Shown piece by piece: positions 50,961-62,305 of a stretch of DNA of 64,000 nucleotides. Under the pieces are notes generated by a model, which searched no databases, had not been told where the DNA came from, and saw only the letters and a program-made list of their open reading frames with translations. The translations under genes were made by a program, and so were the position numbers. Within the stretch, counting starts at the first letter, position 1. Each line of letters starts with the position of its first letter. Source of the stretch: Mobula hypostoma (taxonomy: Eukaryota); contig NC_086123.1 in the NCBI RefSeq assembly GCF_963921235.1, positions 28,954,001 to 29,018,000 of the forward strand. The letters are read 5' to 3'.

Positions 50961-52179
50961 CTGCATGCTTCGCGGCAATGTATCGCTCGGCGGCCTGGAG
51001 GGTGGGGGCCACTGCACCACCCAGCCTGCGACAACTCAGCCTAACACACCATCATCTGTGTGCTCGGCACTGTCCCGATTCCGGTAAGTGATACTACACT
51101 GTACATACATTATTTCTACTTTATATAGGCTGTGTATTTTTACGTGTTATTTGGTGTGATTTGGCAGCTTCATAGCTTAAAGGTTACTGAAGAGTGTTCT
51201 TGCCAACAGCGCTTGCATGAGATTTTCTGCCAACGGTGCTTGCACGTGATTTTCGCTACGGAGAACAGTTTAGTAATGATTGTGGAAAAGTATTTCTACT
51301 TTATATAGGCTGTGTATTTATCATATCATTCCTGCTTTTACTATATGTTACTGTTATTTTAGGTTTTATGTGTTATTTGGCATGATTTGGTAGGTTATTT
51401 TTGGGTCTGCGAACACTCACAAAATTTTCCCATATAAATAAATGGTAATTGCTTCTTCGCTTTACAACATTCCGGCTTACGAACCATTTCATAGGAACGC
51501 TCTACCTTCGGATGGCGGGGGAAACCTGTACATGGAGCTTAAAAAATAGAGGGCTATGGATAACCTTAGGTAATTTCTAAGTAAGTACGTGTTCGGCACA
51601 GCATTGTGGGCCGAAGGGCATGTGTTGTGCTGTAGGTTTTCTATGTTTCTATGCTCGCTTCTTTTGTTTGCATGATTTGTGTTTTTTTCTCTTTCACTGC
51701 TCATTAGGGATTGGGCTTTTTTTTAATTGGGTTCTTCCAGGTTTCTTTCTTTGTGGCTGCCTGTAAGCAGACATATCTCAAGGTTTTATGATTTATACAT
51801 TCTTTGACTAAAGGCTCTTAGGATTCTTTCTATTATATTTTAATGAGTCACATTTAATTGTGATTAAGGCGTCTTCGGAGAGGGAGTTCCAGACTTCCAC
51901 CACTTTCCAATTGAGAACAATTCCCTTCAATGCCCCAGTTAATCTTTCTATTAATAACCAAGGGGTATTGATTTTTTGAGATTTTGACACTTCTGCCGAG
52001 GGGAAATAGATCCTTCTCATCCGTTCTGTCTTGGTTTGTCGTAATTTTATGCAGTCTTCGTTGACAGCACTGCTACTCACCTTGCGAATATGAAGACTAT
52101 GAGTTCAAGTCCACAGACTTGCGTGCAAAATAGCCACCTGATACTTGCAAAAGGCTCAGCAATCTCGGGTAAATTAGAA

Positions 52180-52455
52180 ACGTAACAGCTTCTGCAGATG
52201 CTGGAAATCAAGAGCAACACAGACAAAATGCTGGAGGAACTCAGCAGGTCAGGCAGCATCTGTGGAAAAGAGTAAACAGTCGACGTTTCAGGCTGAGACC
52301 CTTCTTCAGGACTGGAAAGGAAGGGGGAAGGAGTCAGACTAAGGAGATGGGAGAAGGGGAGGAAGAAGTACAAGGTGGCAGGTGATTCGCTGAAACCGGG
52401 TCGGGGGTGGGGTGCAATAAAAAGCTGGGGAGTATTTTGTGCGTGTTGCTTTGGG
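52180..52455 (-). mobile_element. Penelope pseudo-LTR-derived copy
   Basis: Collinear with 4535-4667 and 63475-63660. Confidence 0.85.
52277..52314 (-). ncRNA. Minimal type I hammerhead ribozyme motif (best-preserved copy)
   Basis: CAGUC-CUGAAGA-A-GGGU CUCA GCCU-GAAA-CGUC-GACUG: perfect 5-bp stem I, 4-bp stem II with two G-U pairs, loopless palindromic ACGU stem III, GUC cleavage triplet. Confidence 0.62.
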
Positions 52456-52554
52456 TAAATTAGACCTGGTTTTGTGAATTCAAAATCTGGCAGCCAATTC
52501 TATGCCAACAGTCAGTTGATAAAAAAAATAAAGTCACACTCCAGAAATGCAGCA

Positions 52555-53600
52555 TAAGATGCAAACGTTATGAAAATTGGTGGTGTTGTAGGTAGCGAGG
52601 GAGGTTATCCAAGGCTACAGCAGGATATAGATGGAATTTAATCAAGCCAAGTGCAAATTGATGCATCGTGAGAAGTCAGGTAGAGGTAGGACAAGTGGTA
52701 GCTTACTGAAAACAAACCTTGGGGCTCTAAGTCCATTGTTCTCTGAAAGTGGCAACACAGGTCCATATGGTGGTGACAGGCTTTCTTTCATCAAGTTGGG
52801 GCATAGGAAGAGTTGAGATGTTATGTTGCAAACTTCAGAATCAGAATCCGGTTTAATATCACCGGCATATGTTGTGAAATCTGTTAACTTTAAGAAACAC
52901 TGGCAAAGCCACACTTGGATGTTGTATGCTGCTCTGGCGCCACACTACTGAAGGAAGTGTCTGCACTGGAGAGAGCACGCAGGAGATCCGCCGCGTGGTA
53001 CCTGAATTGGAGAAGTTTATTGATGGGGGCGGATTGCCTGTTTTCCCTGGAGCAAAGGAAGCTGAGAGCTGAAGACAAAAGTGAATGCAGATGCTGGTAT
53101 CTGGAACTAGAAACAGAATGGTAGAAGAACTCACAACTTACAGAACCTCTGGAGGCAAGGTGTGCGAAGTTGATACTTTGGGTTGAAACCCTCCATTTGG
53201 TCCTGATGGGTAGAATAGATTGTCAAAATCTTTTTTTCTGTGGTAAGAGCCGCAAAAATAAGACGCAATAGATCAAAGGTGAAAGGAAGGGATCTGAGGG
53301 GTAGATATAAAAACTTATTATCAAAGTACATTTATGTCACCATATACTACTCATTGAGTCTATGGGTTGCAGAGTCAATTGTGTTGAGGTGTGTGAAGTT
53401 ATCCACGCTGGTTCAGGATCTTGATAGGGTAATAACTGTTCCTGAATTTTTTTTAACATCGTTGCTATCTGAAACATACTGCTACAGGATCTGGTTTGAA
53501 TCAAATATAATTATTGTGATTAAGAGGCATTTACAAAGACGTTTAAATAGACAAGACAGAGAAGGATAGAGGTCCTAAAGTAGGCCGATGGAATTGGATT
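52555..53600 (+). mobile_element. Decayed CR1 LINE with several small nested tail insertions
   Basis: KIGGVV.SE..LQQDI..MEFNQAKCKLMH remnants; Rex tails at about 52835-52890 and about 53310-53445; Penelope-derived piece at about 53085-53205. Confidence 0.7.
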
Positions 53601-55262
53601 TCATTTCAATTTACAGTGATGCGAACATTTACAGGGGTCATTTTCTGACAGAAAAGGTATGATCTGAATCCAAACTGTTGCAGGAATAACATTAAGAAGG
53701 TATCCTGTGAGATGGTTTGCCTTACGGGAAATGTTTTGGAAATTTCACCATGAAGATAACTGAGAGGTACAGGGACACAGATTGCTTCTGCACTTACCTA
53801 CAAAGATTGACAAGTACTTTATAAAGGAACTCCATCTGCGGATTTATCTTATAATAAGGTGTGTGAGAATGTAAAGGCAATCTTGCTCGTTTAGCGAGCG
53901 GGAAATCCAGTGAAATGGAATAAGCTACTCAAAAGAAGTAGAATTCCCAATGCTATCATTAATTTTATGTTCTTCTCCACTCTCAAGGGCCATTTCCCAG
54001 CTGTCAGTGTAGGTTAAATCTGAACAATGGACCATGCATCTGTTCATCTTTGTGTGATATTTTGTATGACTTTAGATAAACATTGATTCCTGCCAGATGA
54101 ATTGCTGGACAATGTCCATTGTTTCTATAGCAATGGTAACCTGCTGCCCAATCAGTCCCTGCCTAGACTGGATGGATTTTATTTGTTTGTGTCAACACCT
54201 CTGCTGAGAAATTAATTCAGTTAAAACTTACTTGTTGACTTGGACTGTGCGCTTGAAAGGTTAACCCAAGGAGGTTAATTGACCGTAGAGCAGACAAATT
54301 CAATTACTCTGATTGGGAAACTATTAAACAAGCTGCTCTCAGTACCAGCACAATATTAATACGGTGCGAAAGCCGTCTGCAAAGACATGATTGTGATTTA
54401 GAGAACTCGTATTTATACATAATAATTCAGATTATTCAAATTTAATTTATCTGGAGATCTGATTTCTTTGGGATTGAACAGTTATGTCATCTAGATATGA
54501 CATTACAAAAGGAAAGTCTACTCAGGATACTTTCACCCTAAAGACTTGTCAAAAATTCTGTTTTGCATAAAATCCACCCAGTAATTATTTAACCCTTTCT
54601 AGATTAATTATATCCTACAATGTCATTTTTCTTCTGTTTATCACCCAACATACTAGCTTTAGCTTGAATATTTTATTTTGACAACATGCCTTCCCTTCTC
54701 TTCAGAGAAGAGTGTGGGTACTCAGTGGAATGACATATCATAACCAAGAGTTTACTATGTAAATCACACAGTGCTCAGTTCCACAAGAAACAAGATTCAC
54801 ACAGAAAGTGATTAAGACTCGTTATCACAATAAACGATTAATGTAAAACAACGCAATACCCAAACTGCTACAGCAAACATTAAAGCAACAAAATGTAGTT
54901 TTATGCAAGTTGAATTCCATTGAAGGAGGCTAAATTTAGTTGGAAAGCTGTTTGATCAGAAAATGGTTTAAATATTTTTAAGACACAGATTTTAATTTAA
55001 TAAAAATAGATATTTGCCCTTAAAATATTTTGCCAGACTTGATTAATGACAACTGACTCTTTTTAGTAATTATAGAGCCTTATAGATGGACTTCTGGAGT
55101 CCAGAAAGATATAGTCAACAAAGTGTTTTGAACATTTCAGTCAGGATGCTATAACATGCATAGCATCCTTATCAGCAATTGAGGAAAAACTTAGCCAGAA
55201 ATACACTTTTCTACTTTACTGAGAGTATACCTGTAGTGAATACAAAAGGTTAGGCTTAGTTC

Positions 55263-57799
55263 AGTTGTGTGGACCATAAATGATCTGGATCCAATGAGTG
55301 GGCTACGAAGAGCCAAAACAACCATGCCTATTGGTCAGCTGACAACCAATCCCAGGCTGTCCTTCACCAATTGATCACTGTTCCAATCATAGTTTTGAAT
55401 GTTTTTTGGTGAACCATTTAAATAGTAGTGCTTTGAGATTTTTAGTTGAGTTTTGAGTTTGAGATTTACTAATCATAAGCCACCATTGTCCATCTTCAGC
55501 TCTAGGAAAGGCATCCTGGTGCACACAGCTAACCGTTTTCAAAGGTGGGCAACGATATTATTGGCATACAATTTTGAAATCAAGTACACATCAACGCAGG
55601 ACACTTGGTCAGGCAGATGCTAGCACCAGACTTATGAACTAGCAGGTTACAGAAAAACAAAGATGCAGTCATGGCTGTGATTTCAATCAATTGTGAAATC
55701 CATCGGATTGTATTGGATGCTGCTGAAGGTCTTCTAGTCACAGTCGGCAAGATCAGAGCAGAAATGGCTGGAGATGCTCTTCTTCAGCGTGGCTCCAAAT
55801 ATCTCGTTGATGGATGGCCAGTCAAGGTTGAGGAAGAGGTCATACCCTTTTACCAGCGTCATACATCGCTCTCAACTGAGGACTCCTGCCTAGAGTTTGG
55901 AGACAGGATAGTGATACCACGAACACTTCAACCAAAAGTACCAGAACAATTTCACTGTGGTCATCCTGGCCTCAATCAATTAAAACCCTGCAAGAATGAA
56001 ACCCCTGGATGGGCATAAATGAAGATATCATACATGCATTCAAGCTATGTGGTCAGTGCACTATGGCAAAGAATCCAAGGAGAAATGAACCACAACCATG
56101 GCCTCAGGCTACCAGACCTTGGGGTCGAGCACACACTGACTTCACTGGCCCAATCAATGGGTTTACCTACCTTGTTCTGGTTGTCACCCAATCCAAATGG
56201 GCAGAAGTATTATCTATGAAGTCAATAATAACAGAGACCACCATTCAACAGCTGCTGAGGATTTCAGCTGCTTAGGGATACCAGAAATGCTTATTTCTGA
56301 CAACGGCACTCAATTCAATTCAAAACAGTTTGCTGCATTCTGCCAGTACAGTGAAATTATCCACATCCACTCACCCCTATATCATCCATAGACAAGTGGC
56401 CACCCAGAGAGGCTTCCGAAATCAAGAGGGGAAGGAGCATTGGCCAAGGCTCTCAATATATTTCAGCTTCAGTATCGTTGGAAGAAAACTGCTACAACAG
56501 CATCCAACGTCTGAGACAGCAAATGGCCAGAGCATAAAGGCAGCCACACAGACCATGGTCAATAGGTGAAGTCACTCAAGTGAGGGTCAGACAATATCAC
56601 AATGGGCAAGGCCCCTGGGAACTAGGTCAGATTGGTAAACAAATGAGGAAAGTGCTCTACGAAGTCATCATAATTGGACATCACTGGCATCGCAAAATCA
56701 ACCAGTTATGGCCACATGTTCCTAAAGGCAGTGGTCCCCAACCACCGGGCTCTGGACCAGTACCTAGCCGCAAAGCATGTGCTACTGGGCCGTGAGGAAA
56801 CAATATGATTTGGCGATATGAAACAATATGAGTCAGCTGCACCTCTCCTCATTCCGTCACGCACTGTTGAACTTGAAATAACCCACTAAATAACACATAA
56901 AACCTAAAATAACACTAACATATAGTAAAAGCAGGAATGGTATGATAAATACACAGCCTATATAAAGTAGAAATAATAAATATACAGTGTAGTTTCACTT
57001 AACAGAATCGGGAAGATTAAGCCAAAACCGATTTGTAGAAAAAAAACGTCGCGTACATGCATGCGCACACAGATGCCTGCACAAGGCTTCATGGTCATGG
57101 TAGTCTTTCTCAGGGTAAACACGAGTGTCCCATATTTGACTGCTATTTTTGTCCCTTATTTGGCAGTGAGAAAGTTGGCAATCCTACTTGAATACTTGGG
57201 CCCCCCCCCCCCCCGGTCGGCTGGTCTGCAAGAATATTGTCAATATTAAACTGGTCCGCGGTGCAAAAAGGGTTGGGGACTCCTGCCTAAAGGCACAACA
57301 ACAAGCTGATCGGACAGGTCATCAAACACAGAGTTGGACCTTCATCTCCTCCTGGAAGGATTCAATTCAACCCGATCGAACCAGCACAGCTGCAAGCAAC
57401 ATCGTGACAAGTGACCTCCTGAAACCACCAAGAAGGACCGATCACTAGTGTAAGCCGGTTGTTCCAATCCAAATCACACCCCAGCTCAAATCCTATCCTA
57501 CAGATAATCATCTTCAAGAGGGAGCCATTCCGGGGAGCTGAAACAACCAACACCTATTGGTCAGCTGACAACCAACCCCAGGCTGACTTTCACGAATTGA
57601 TCATTATTCCAATCAGCATTGTGAGTGATCCTTCAGTACACCATCTAAATAGTCATGCTTTGGGAGATATGGTTGAGTTTTTAATTTGAGATTTTGTAGT
57701 TGCGTGGCTTTACTGAATAAAGGTGTATTTTGAGTTCCAACTTTGTCCTATCTCCTGGCTTCGGATCTCATCGGCAGTTATCGGCAAGCCAACACAACT
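55263..57799 (+). mobile_element. Old Gypsy LTR retrotransposon lacking gag-PR-RT (LTR-RNaseH end-integrase-LTR)
   Basis: Direct repeats about 55310-55468 and 57538-57693 (CCTATTGGTCAGCTGACAACCAA); NHKP..RFQRWATILLAYNFEIKY; HCGHPG..CGQC zinc finger; PWGRAHTDFTGP..ISDNGTQFNS integrase core; purine tract AAGAGGGAG at about 57516. Confidence 0.88.
56729..57285. mobile_element. hAT (Charlie-like) MITE containing the right part of the Blackjack-like/Tigger chimera
   Basis: TIRs CAGTGGTCCCCAACC / GGTTGGGGACTCCTG (13 of 15 match); perfect 8-bp TSD CCTAAAGG (56721-56728, 57286-57293); about 56887-57186 is collinear with about 4190-4490. Confidence 0.92.
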
Positions 57800-57949
57800 G
57801 AGTGACACTGGGACGTACACTGGGTCAGGGAGCTGGTAATATTGAAATAAATATTTAGGTTTTATTGTCCAAAATTTAAAATAATTGAACAAATGCAATC
57901 AGAAAACAAATCTCTCAACTCCCACTCAGGAAACACCAGTATTTCCATC

Positions 57950-58350
57950 TATACCTTTTCTTGCATTTGCTAAAATGTCCATGCATTGGAGGGACAAGGT
58001 CAACTGTTCCATCCTGTCCTCTCCCTCAGCAGTGCAGAAGGTGATCCTTGAAAGTTTCCCCTCTCTCTGCAACTCATTCACAGTTCTAACCTTGTAGACT
58101 CCACCAATTAACTAGGTGTCACCAAATCTTCCTCCAGAATATCCACTCATGAGATCTGTTGCTTGGTGGAAAGAGTGCATGAAGCACCATGGTTTGATGG
58201 AGAGGAGGGGAGATATGGTTAGATGAAAGTTCCCTGGTCTTAAGAGAAGTGAAAATGACGGCCAAGGTGAAAGTTGGATGATGAATTTCATGGCTCAGTA
58301 GGGGAAGGGTAACGGAGCTGATAGTTATGATTGGAAAAAGCTTAAAGGGG
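57950..58350 (-). mobile_element. Very old Penelope RT fragment
   Basis: GTGAAAATGACGGCCAAGGTGAAAGTTGG resembles 50160-50190; other matches are weak. Confidence 0.35.
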
Positions 58351-59516
58351 ACACAATCTGCTTCCAAAGCTTTAACCTCTCAGGCAGACTCACTTTAAGC
58401 AATGCTGAAGCAGACCCTCACAAATGCTCTCAAGGGCTGCCTACACTTTCTTAATCATGATTGAAAAGCGCACAAGAGGCAGCAAGGCAAGCACTGCTTA
58501 TCAGTTGAACACGGCTGTAAGTGTCCAAGGCTTGTCACGTAATGCCTGAAGGACTAGAAAAGTGAAACAGGGATTTATTGGAACCCAAGCCAAGTCTACA
58601 ATTTGCCCTCAACCTCCACAGCACTCTGTCTACCAATCTTGTATGTCAGCATGAGGTGCCATTCAATTAACTCTTCATAACTGGCACAAACAGAACATGG
58701 CTTCAACTCCTCTCATGCCCATCCCAACATTGTGCACTGCTGTGAACATATCAGGTTTCATAAACCATTTCATCAAGTGCAAAGGCTATTTTGCTGATGA
58801 ATAGACTGGTTACTGGAACTCACCACGCTAAGCGAATGCTTTAACCAACATCACATTGTTTCACAGCAGAACAACGCAGATTCATATATCTCTTCACAGT
58901 CTGCAACATCAGTACAAATGGAATTAAGTCCACTAAAGTCATTGAGAATTGAAATTGCATGCGGAGCATAACCAGTGCCTGATCCAGTCAGAAACCACTG
59001 AAGAAATTAAACTAAGATTAATCCCACGGGCTATCTCTTTTATATGCAAATGCACATACAAAATAAAAAAATTGAATGCTACAATACAGAAACAGGTTGA
59101 TTCATCAAATGTACTTCAGCACTTTTCTTAATGACTTTCCCGGTCTAATCTCATTCTCCTGCATACTCCCAAGCTATTTGAGATTCCTTGTTTTCAGGCA
59201 ACCATCTAATGCCCTTTACAAAGAATTTATGGAATACATTTCAACATAGTTTGTTGTAGAGAGTCCTACAGTCTAAGCACCCTCCGGGGTAATGAATTCT
59301 TTTCTAAATTTACGACCTCCCATTACTGCATTGCTGACCAATGGAAACAATTCATCACTATTTGTTTCATCAAAATACCTGCCAAGATTTACATCGGTCC
59401 CTGATTTTGGGAGGGGAGGAGTAAATGTGGAGAAACGGGATTCAAAGCTGACAGGCTCGAAAAAAACAACACCTGGAACTGTATAGCACTTAGAATGAGA
59501 CAGAATATTCCGGAAC

Positions 59517-59674
59517 CCAAACACAAGGAAATCTGCAGATGCTGGAATATCAGGCAACGCGCATAAAAGGTGCTGGTGAAGGCCAGGTAGCATCTCTAGG
59601 AAGAGGTACAGTCGACATTTCAGGCCGAGTCTCGGGCCGAAACGTCAACTGTACCTCTTCTTAGAAATGCTGCG
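59517..59674. mobile_element. Fold-back Penelope pseudo-LTR insertion
   Basis: TSD TATTCCGGAAC/TATTCCAGAAC (59506-59516, 59675-59685); inverted arms about 59590-59629 and 59631-59670. Confidence 0.82.
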
Positions 59675-59949
59675 TATTCCAGAACTCGTCTATTTTCCAC
59701 ATCTCAGCTCTTCAGCTCTCAGTCTCCCTCTTTCTGGCCCAGAACAAGGATAGGGTTCAGCTTGTCCTCGTCTTCTATTCAACAGATGACCCTTTTCCAG
59801 AGTTATTAGCAGAGCTAACCAGAAGTCAATCAAGGAGATATGCCTTACAGAGTCCCTTAAAGTAAAAAAGTAAGATGGAGAAGAAAAGGTTAATGGAAAA
59901 AAAATTCCGGGCTCGGAAGACACGACCACCAATCCAGCAAACTATTATA

Positions 59950-60120
59950 TTTAGGGATATAGAGGAGATTAAAGTGAGAGGAAGGAATGATCCATCATGA
60001 AAAGACCAATAAGATTTCAAAACCGGGACATTGATCAACAGGGAGCCAATGAATGTCAGCAAGCAGAGGGTTGATTGGCTAGCTGTACATGTTGAGTATT
60101 AGGATCCCATCTCAATGAGC
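59950..60120 (-). mobile_element. Old L2-like LINE fragment
   Basis: GGGAGCCAATGAATGTCAGCAAGCAGAGGGTTGAT encodes ITP.LA.LHWLP-like sequence on the minus strand; a similar decayed block lies at about 42350-42680. Confidence 0.45.
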
Positions 60121-60589
60121 TTGTACATTCTGAGACCAGGGATTAAAGAAGACAACAGTCGATGAAGAAAGATGGGTACCACCTTTGCCCATTTTGCTGG
60201 GATCATCCAGGAATGCAGTTCTAAAACCAATAGTTAGGCTTGTTAAGTCTTAATGTGGTCAAGACAGATAGTAAAAGACTTAACTAGCTGCTTGTCATAA
60301 CCATTCATGTCTGTATGTCTCAGACTGCAGGGAATGCAGCGTAGATGGCGCTAGGAGAAATGGTCAGGGTAATAATGAGTAATAGCATCAGTTGGAAATA
60401 GGACATCACAGATGTACACAAGAGAATGATTTAATAAATTAGTAATTAAATAGATCTTGACAAATGGTGGGCCAAAGATCAGGTAACTGCAGATCTAAAT
60501 GCATTTAGATAGTTTTAACAACAGGCAGACACAGAAGGAAGTTGGTGATGGGAAGGGGAAGGGAGTGGAGAGTAATTCAAGGAAGTGAG

Positions 60590-61130
60590 CAGAAAGAGTG
60601 TATTGATTAGCTGCATCACAGTCTGGTATGGAAATACCAATGCCTTTGAAGGGAAAATCCCACAAAAGATAGTCCATTCAGCCCAGCACATCACAGGTAA
60701 AGCCCTCCCAACCTCTGAGCACATCTACATGAAATGCTTTCGTAGGAAAGCAGCATTTATCACTAAAGATTACCACTACCCAGGTCATGCTCCTTTCTCA
60801 CTGCTGTCATCTGGTAGAAGGTACAAAAACCTCAGGACTTGCATCAGCCGGTTCAAGAACAGTTACCACCACACAGCCATCAGGCTCCTGAACATAAAGG
60901 GATAACTACACTCACTTGCCCCATCTTTGAGATGTTCCCACAACCAGTGATCTCACTTTAAGGATCCTTTATCTCATTATTTCATGTTCTCACTATTTAT
61001 TGCTATTTATTTATATTCGCATTTGCACAGTTTGTTTTCTTCTGCACTCTGGTTGATCTTTCATTGATCCTGTTATGATTACTGTTCTATAGATTTATGT
61101 ACCTTGATCATGAAATTTACTTTGAACTTT
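60590..61130 (+). mobile_element. Rex/Babar LINE 3' fragment
   Basis: ORF 60585-60905 SVLISCITVWYGN..AQHITGKALP..RKAAFITKDYHYPGHAPFSLLSSGRRY..FKNSY..AIRLLN; tail TTTACTTTGAACTTTGA. Another short piece lies at about 61340-61560. Confidence 0.9.
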
Positions 61131-61894
61131 GATTGAGACTATGGGAAAAGTGAGACAGGAAGCCCAATGAGCTAGTTGTGAATATAGGTTGGTGGGTCCA
61201 TGTAGAGGGAAAAATGGAGGTGCGAGAAAGCTGGGCTATAATGTCAAAAGCCGTGAGAGGGCAGAGACTGTTCTACTGCTACTGCTGTTGTAAACTCAAT
61301 ATTCTAACATGCATTTCTTTCCATGGATTCTGGAAAACTCCAGGCAGCGTTTCACTGCTTCTCTCTCATTACTGCTGTCAGGGAGGAGGTACTGGAGCCT
61401 AAAGACCCACGTTCAGAGATTCAAGAGCAGCTTCTTCCCTCCATCATCAAATTTCTGAACAGCCCATGAACCCATGAACATGACCTCATCATTCCTTTCC
61501 CCTGCATTATTTATTTTATAATTTATAGTAATTTTGTGAGCTTGCACTGTGCTATAAATTCATATAAGAGAGAGATAACAATTTTGAGTTCCAAATCAGA
61601 GTTTCTTCATACCAGATGCTCAAGAAATTTACTTCAACTTTCAGAAATGTACCTTTGGTTAATCACCAACACTACCTCTTCCTTAACAGCCTTTAATAAC
61701 CACCATAAAACCCAAAGCCAGGTACATGCACAAGATGAATTAAAGTTTTGCATTGCTTTTTTTACAATCTCATGACCATAGCAGTTTACAGCCAATGCTG
61801 GACTTTGAAAATGTGCTCCCTGATGCAATATGGGGAAGTCAGCAGCCAATTTCCACACATGGAAAGCTGCCATAAAATAAGCAGGTAGTGACCG

Positions 61895-62305
61895 ATGTGG
61901 GTGGTGGGGTTGGAGATACGTCTCTACCAAAGATGTAAGGCACTCCTTCCCTATGTTAGTGGGCGAGTCATCCTTGGGCAAGGTGTAGTACCTGTTTCGT
62001 CCTCACCCCGCCCCCCCCCAAAAAATCAGGGTCATATGAAGCCATGGGAGCAGGTGGGGGATGGTCGTGTGAGCAGCTGGTGCCTATCACAAATCCTGGT
62101 TACATGACCTCTGACGTCAGGCAGGCAATCTCTGAAGAGTATTGATAATGGATGGAGTCACCCGTCTTGTAAAGACACTGCCCAGAAGAAGGCAATGGCA
62201 AACCACTTATTAGAAAAAAATTTGCCAAGAACAATCATGGTTATGACAAATGGAAGACCATGATCACCCACATCATACGGCATGGCGCAGAACGAATGAA
62301 TGAAT
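61895..62305 (+). mobile_element. RTE-related non-autonomous retroposon, copy 2
   Basis: Collinear with 8100-8466; GAAGGCAATGGCAAACCACTT motif; (GAAT)n tail. Confidence 0.78.

Larger units (their letters stand above)
47191..51528 (+). mobile_element. Internally deleted Tigger/pogo-like DNA transposon
   Basis: TA TSD (47189-90, 51529-30); imperfect TIRs CAGGTGTCCC / GGGAAACCTG; transposase remnants MVSEKPERARKGVTLMVKVDIIKCFDCGER and LASHHQEVTDEELMQLEEK. Confidence 0.88.
47041..51652 (+). mobile_element. CR1 3' end (47041-47190 + 51531-51652) split by a Tigger element
   Basis: SVWNGLPATVVEVDTIGSFKRLLDRY|M continues as CATGGAGCTT after the TA duplication; tail TTTCTATGTTTCTATG. Confidence 0.88.
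46810..51810 (+). mobile_element. Outermost layer of the nest: non-autonomous Rex-tailed retroposon (46810-47040 + 51653-51810)
   Basis: The two halves join into the reverse complement of the 42770-43135 / 12385-12720 family. Confidence 0.7.
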
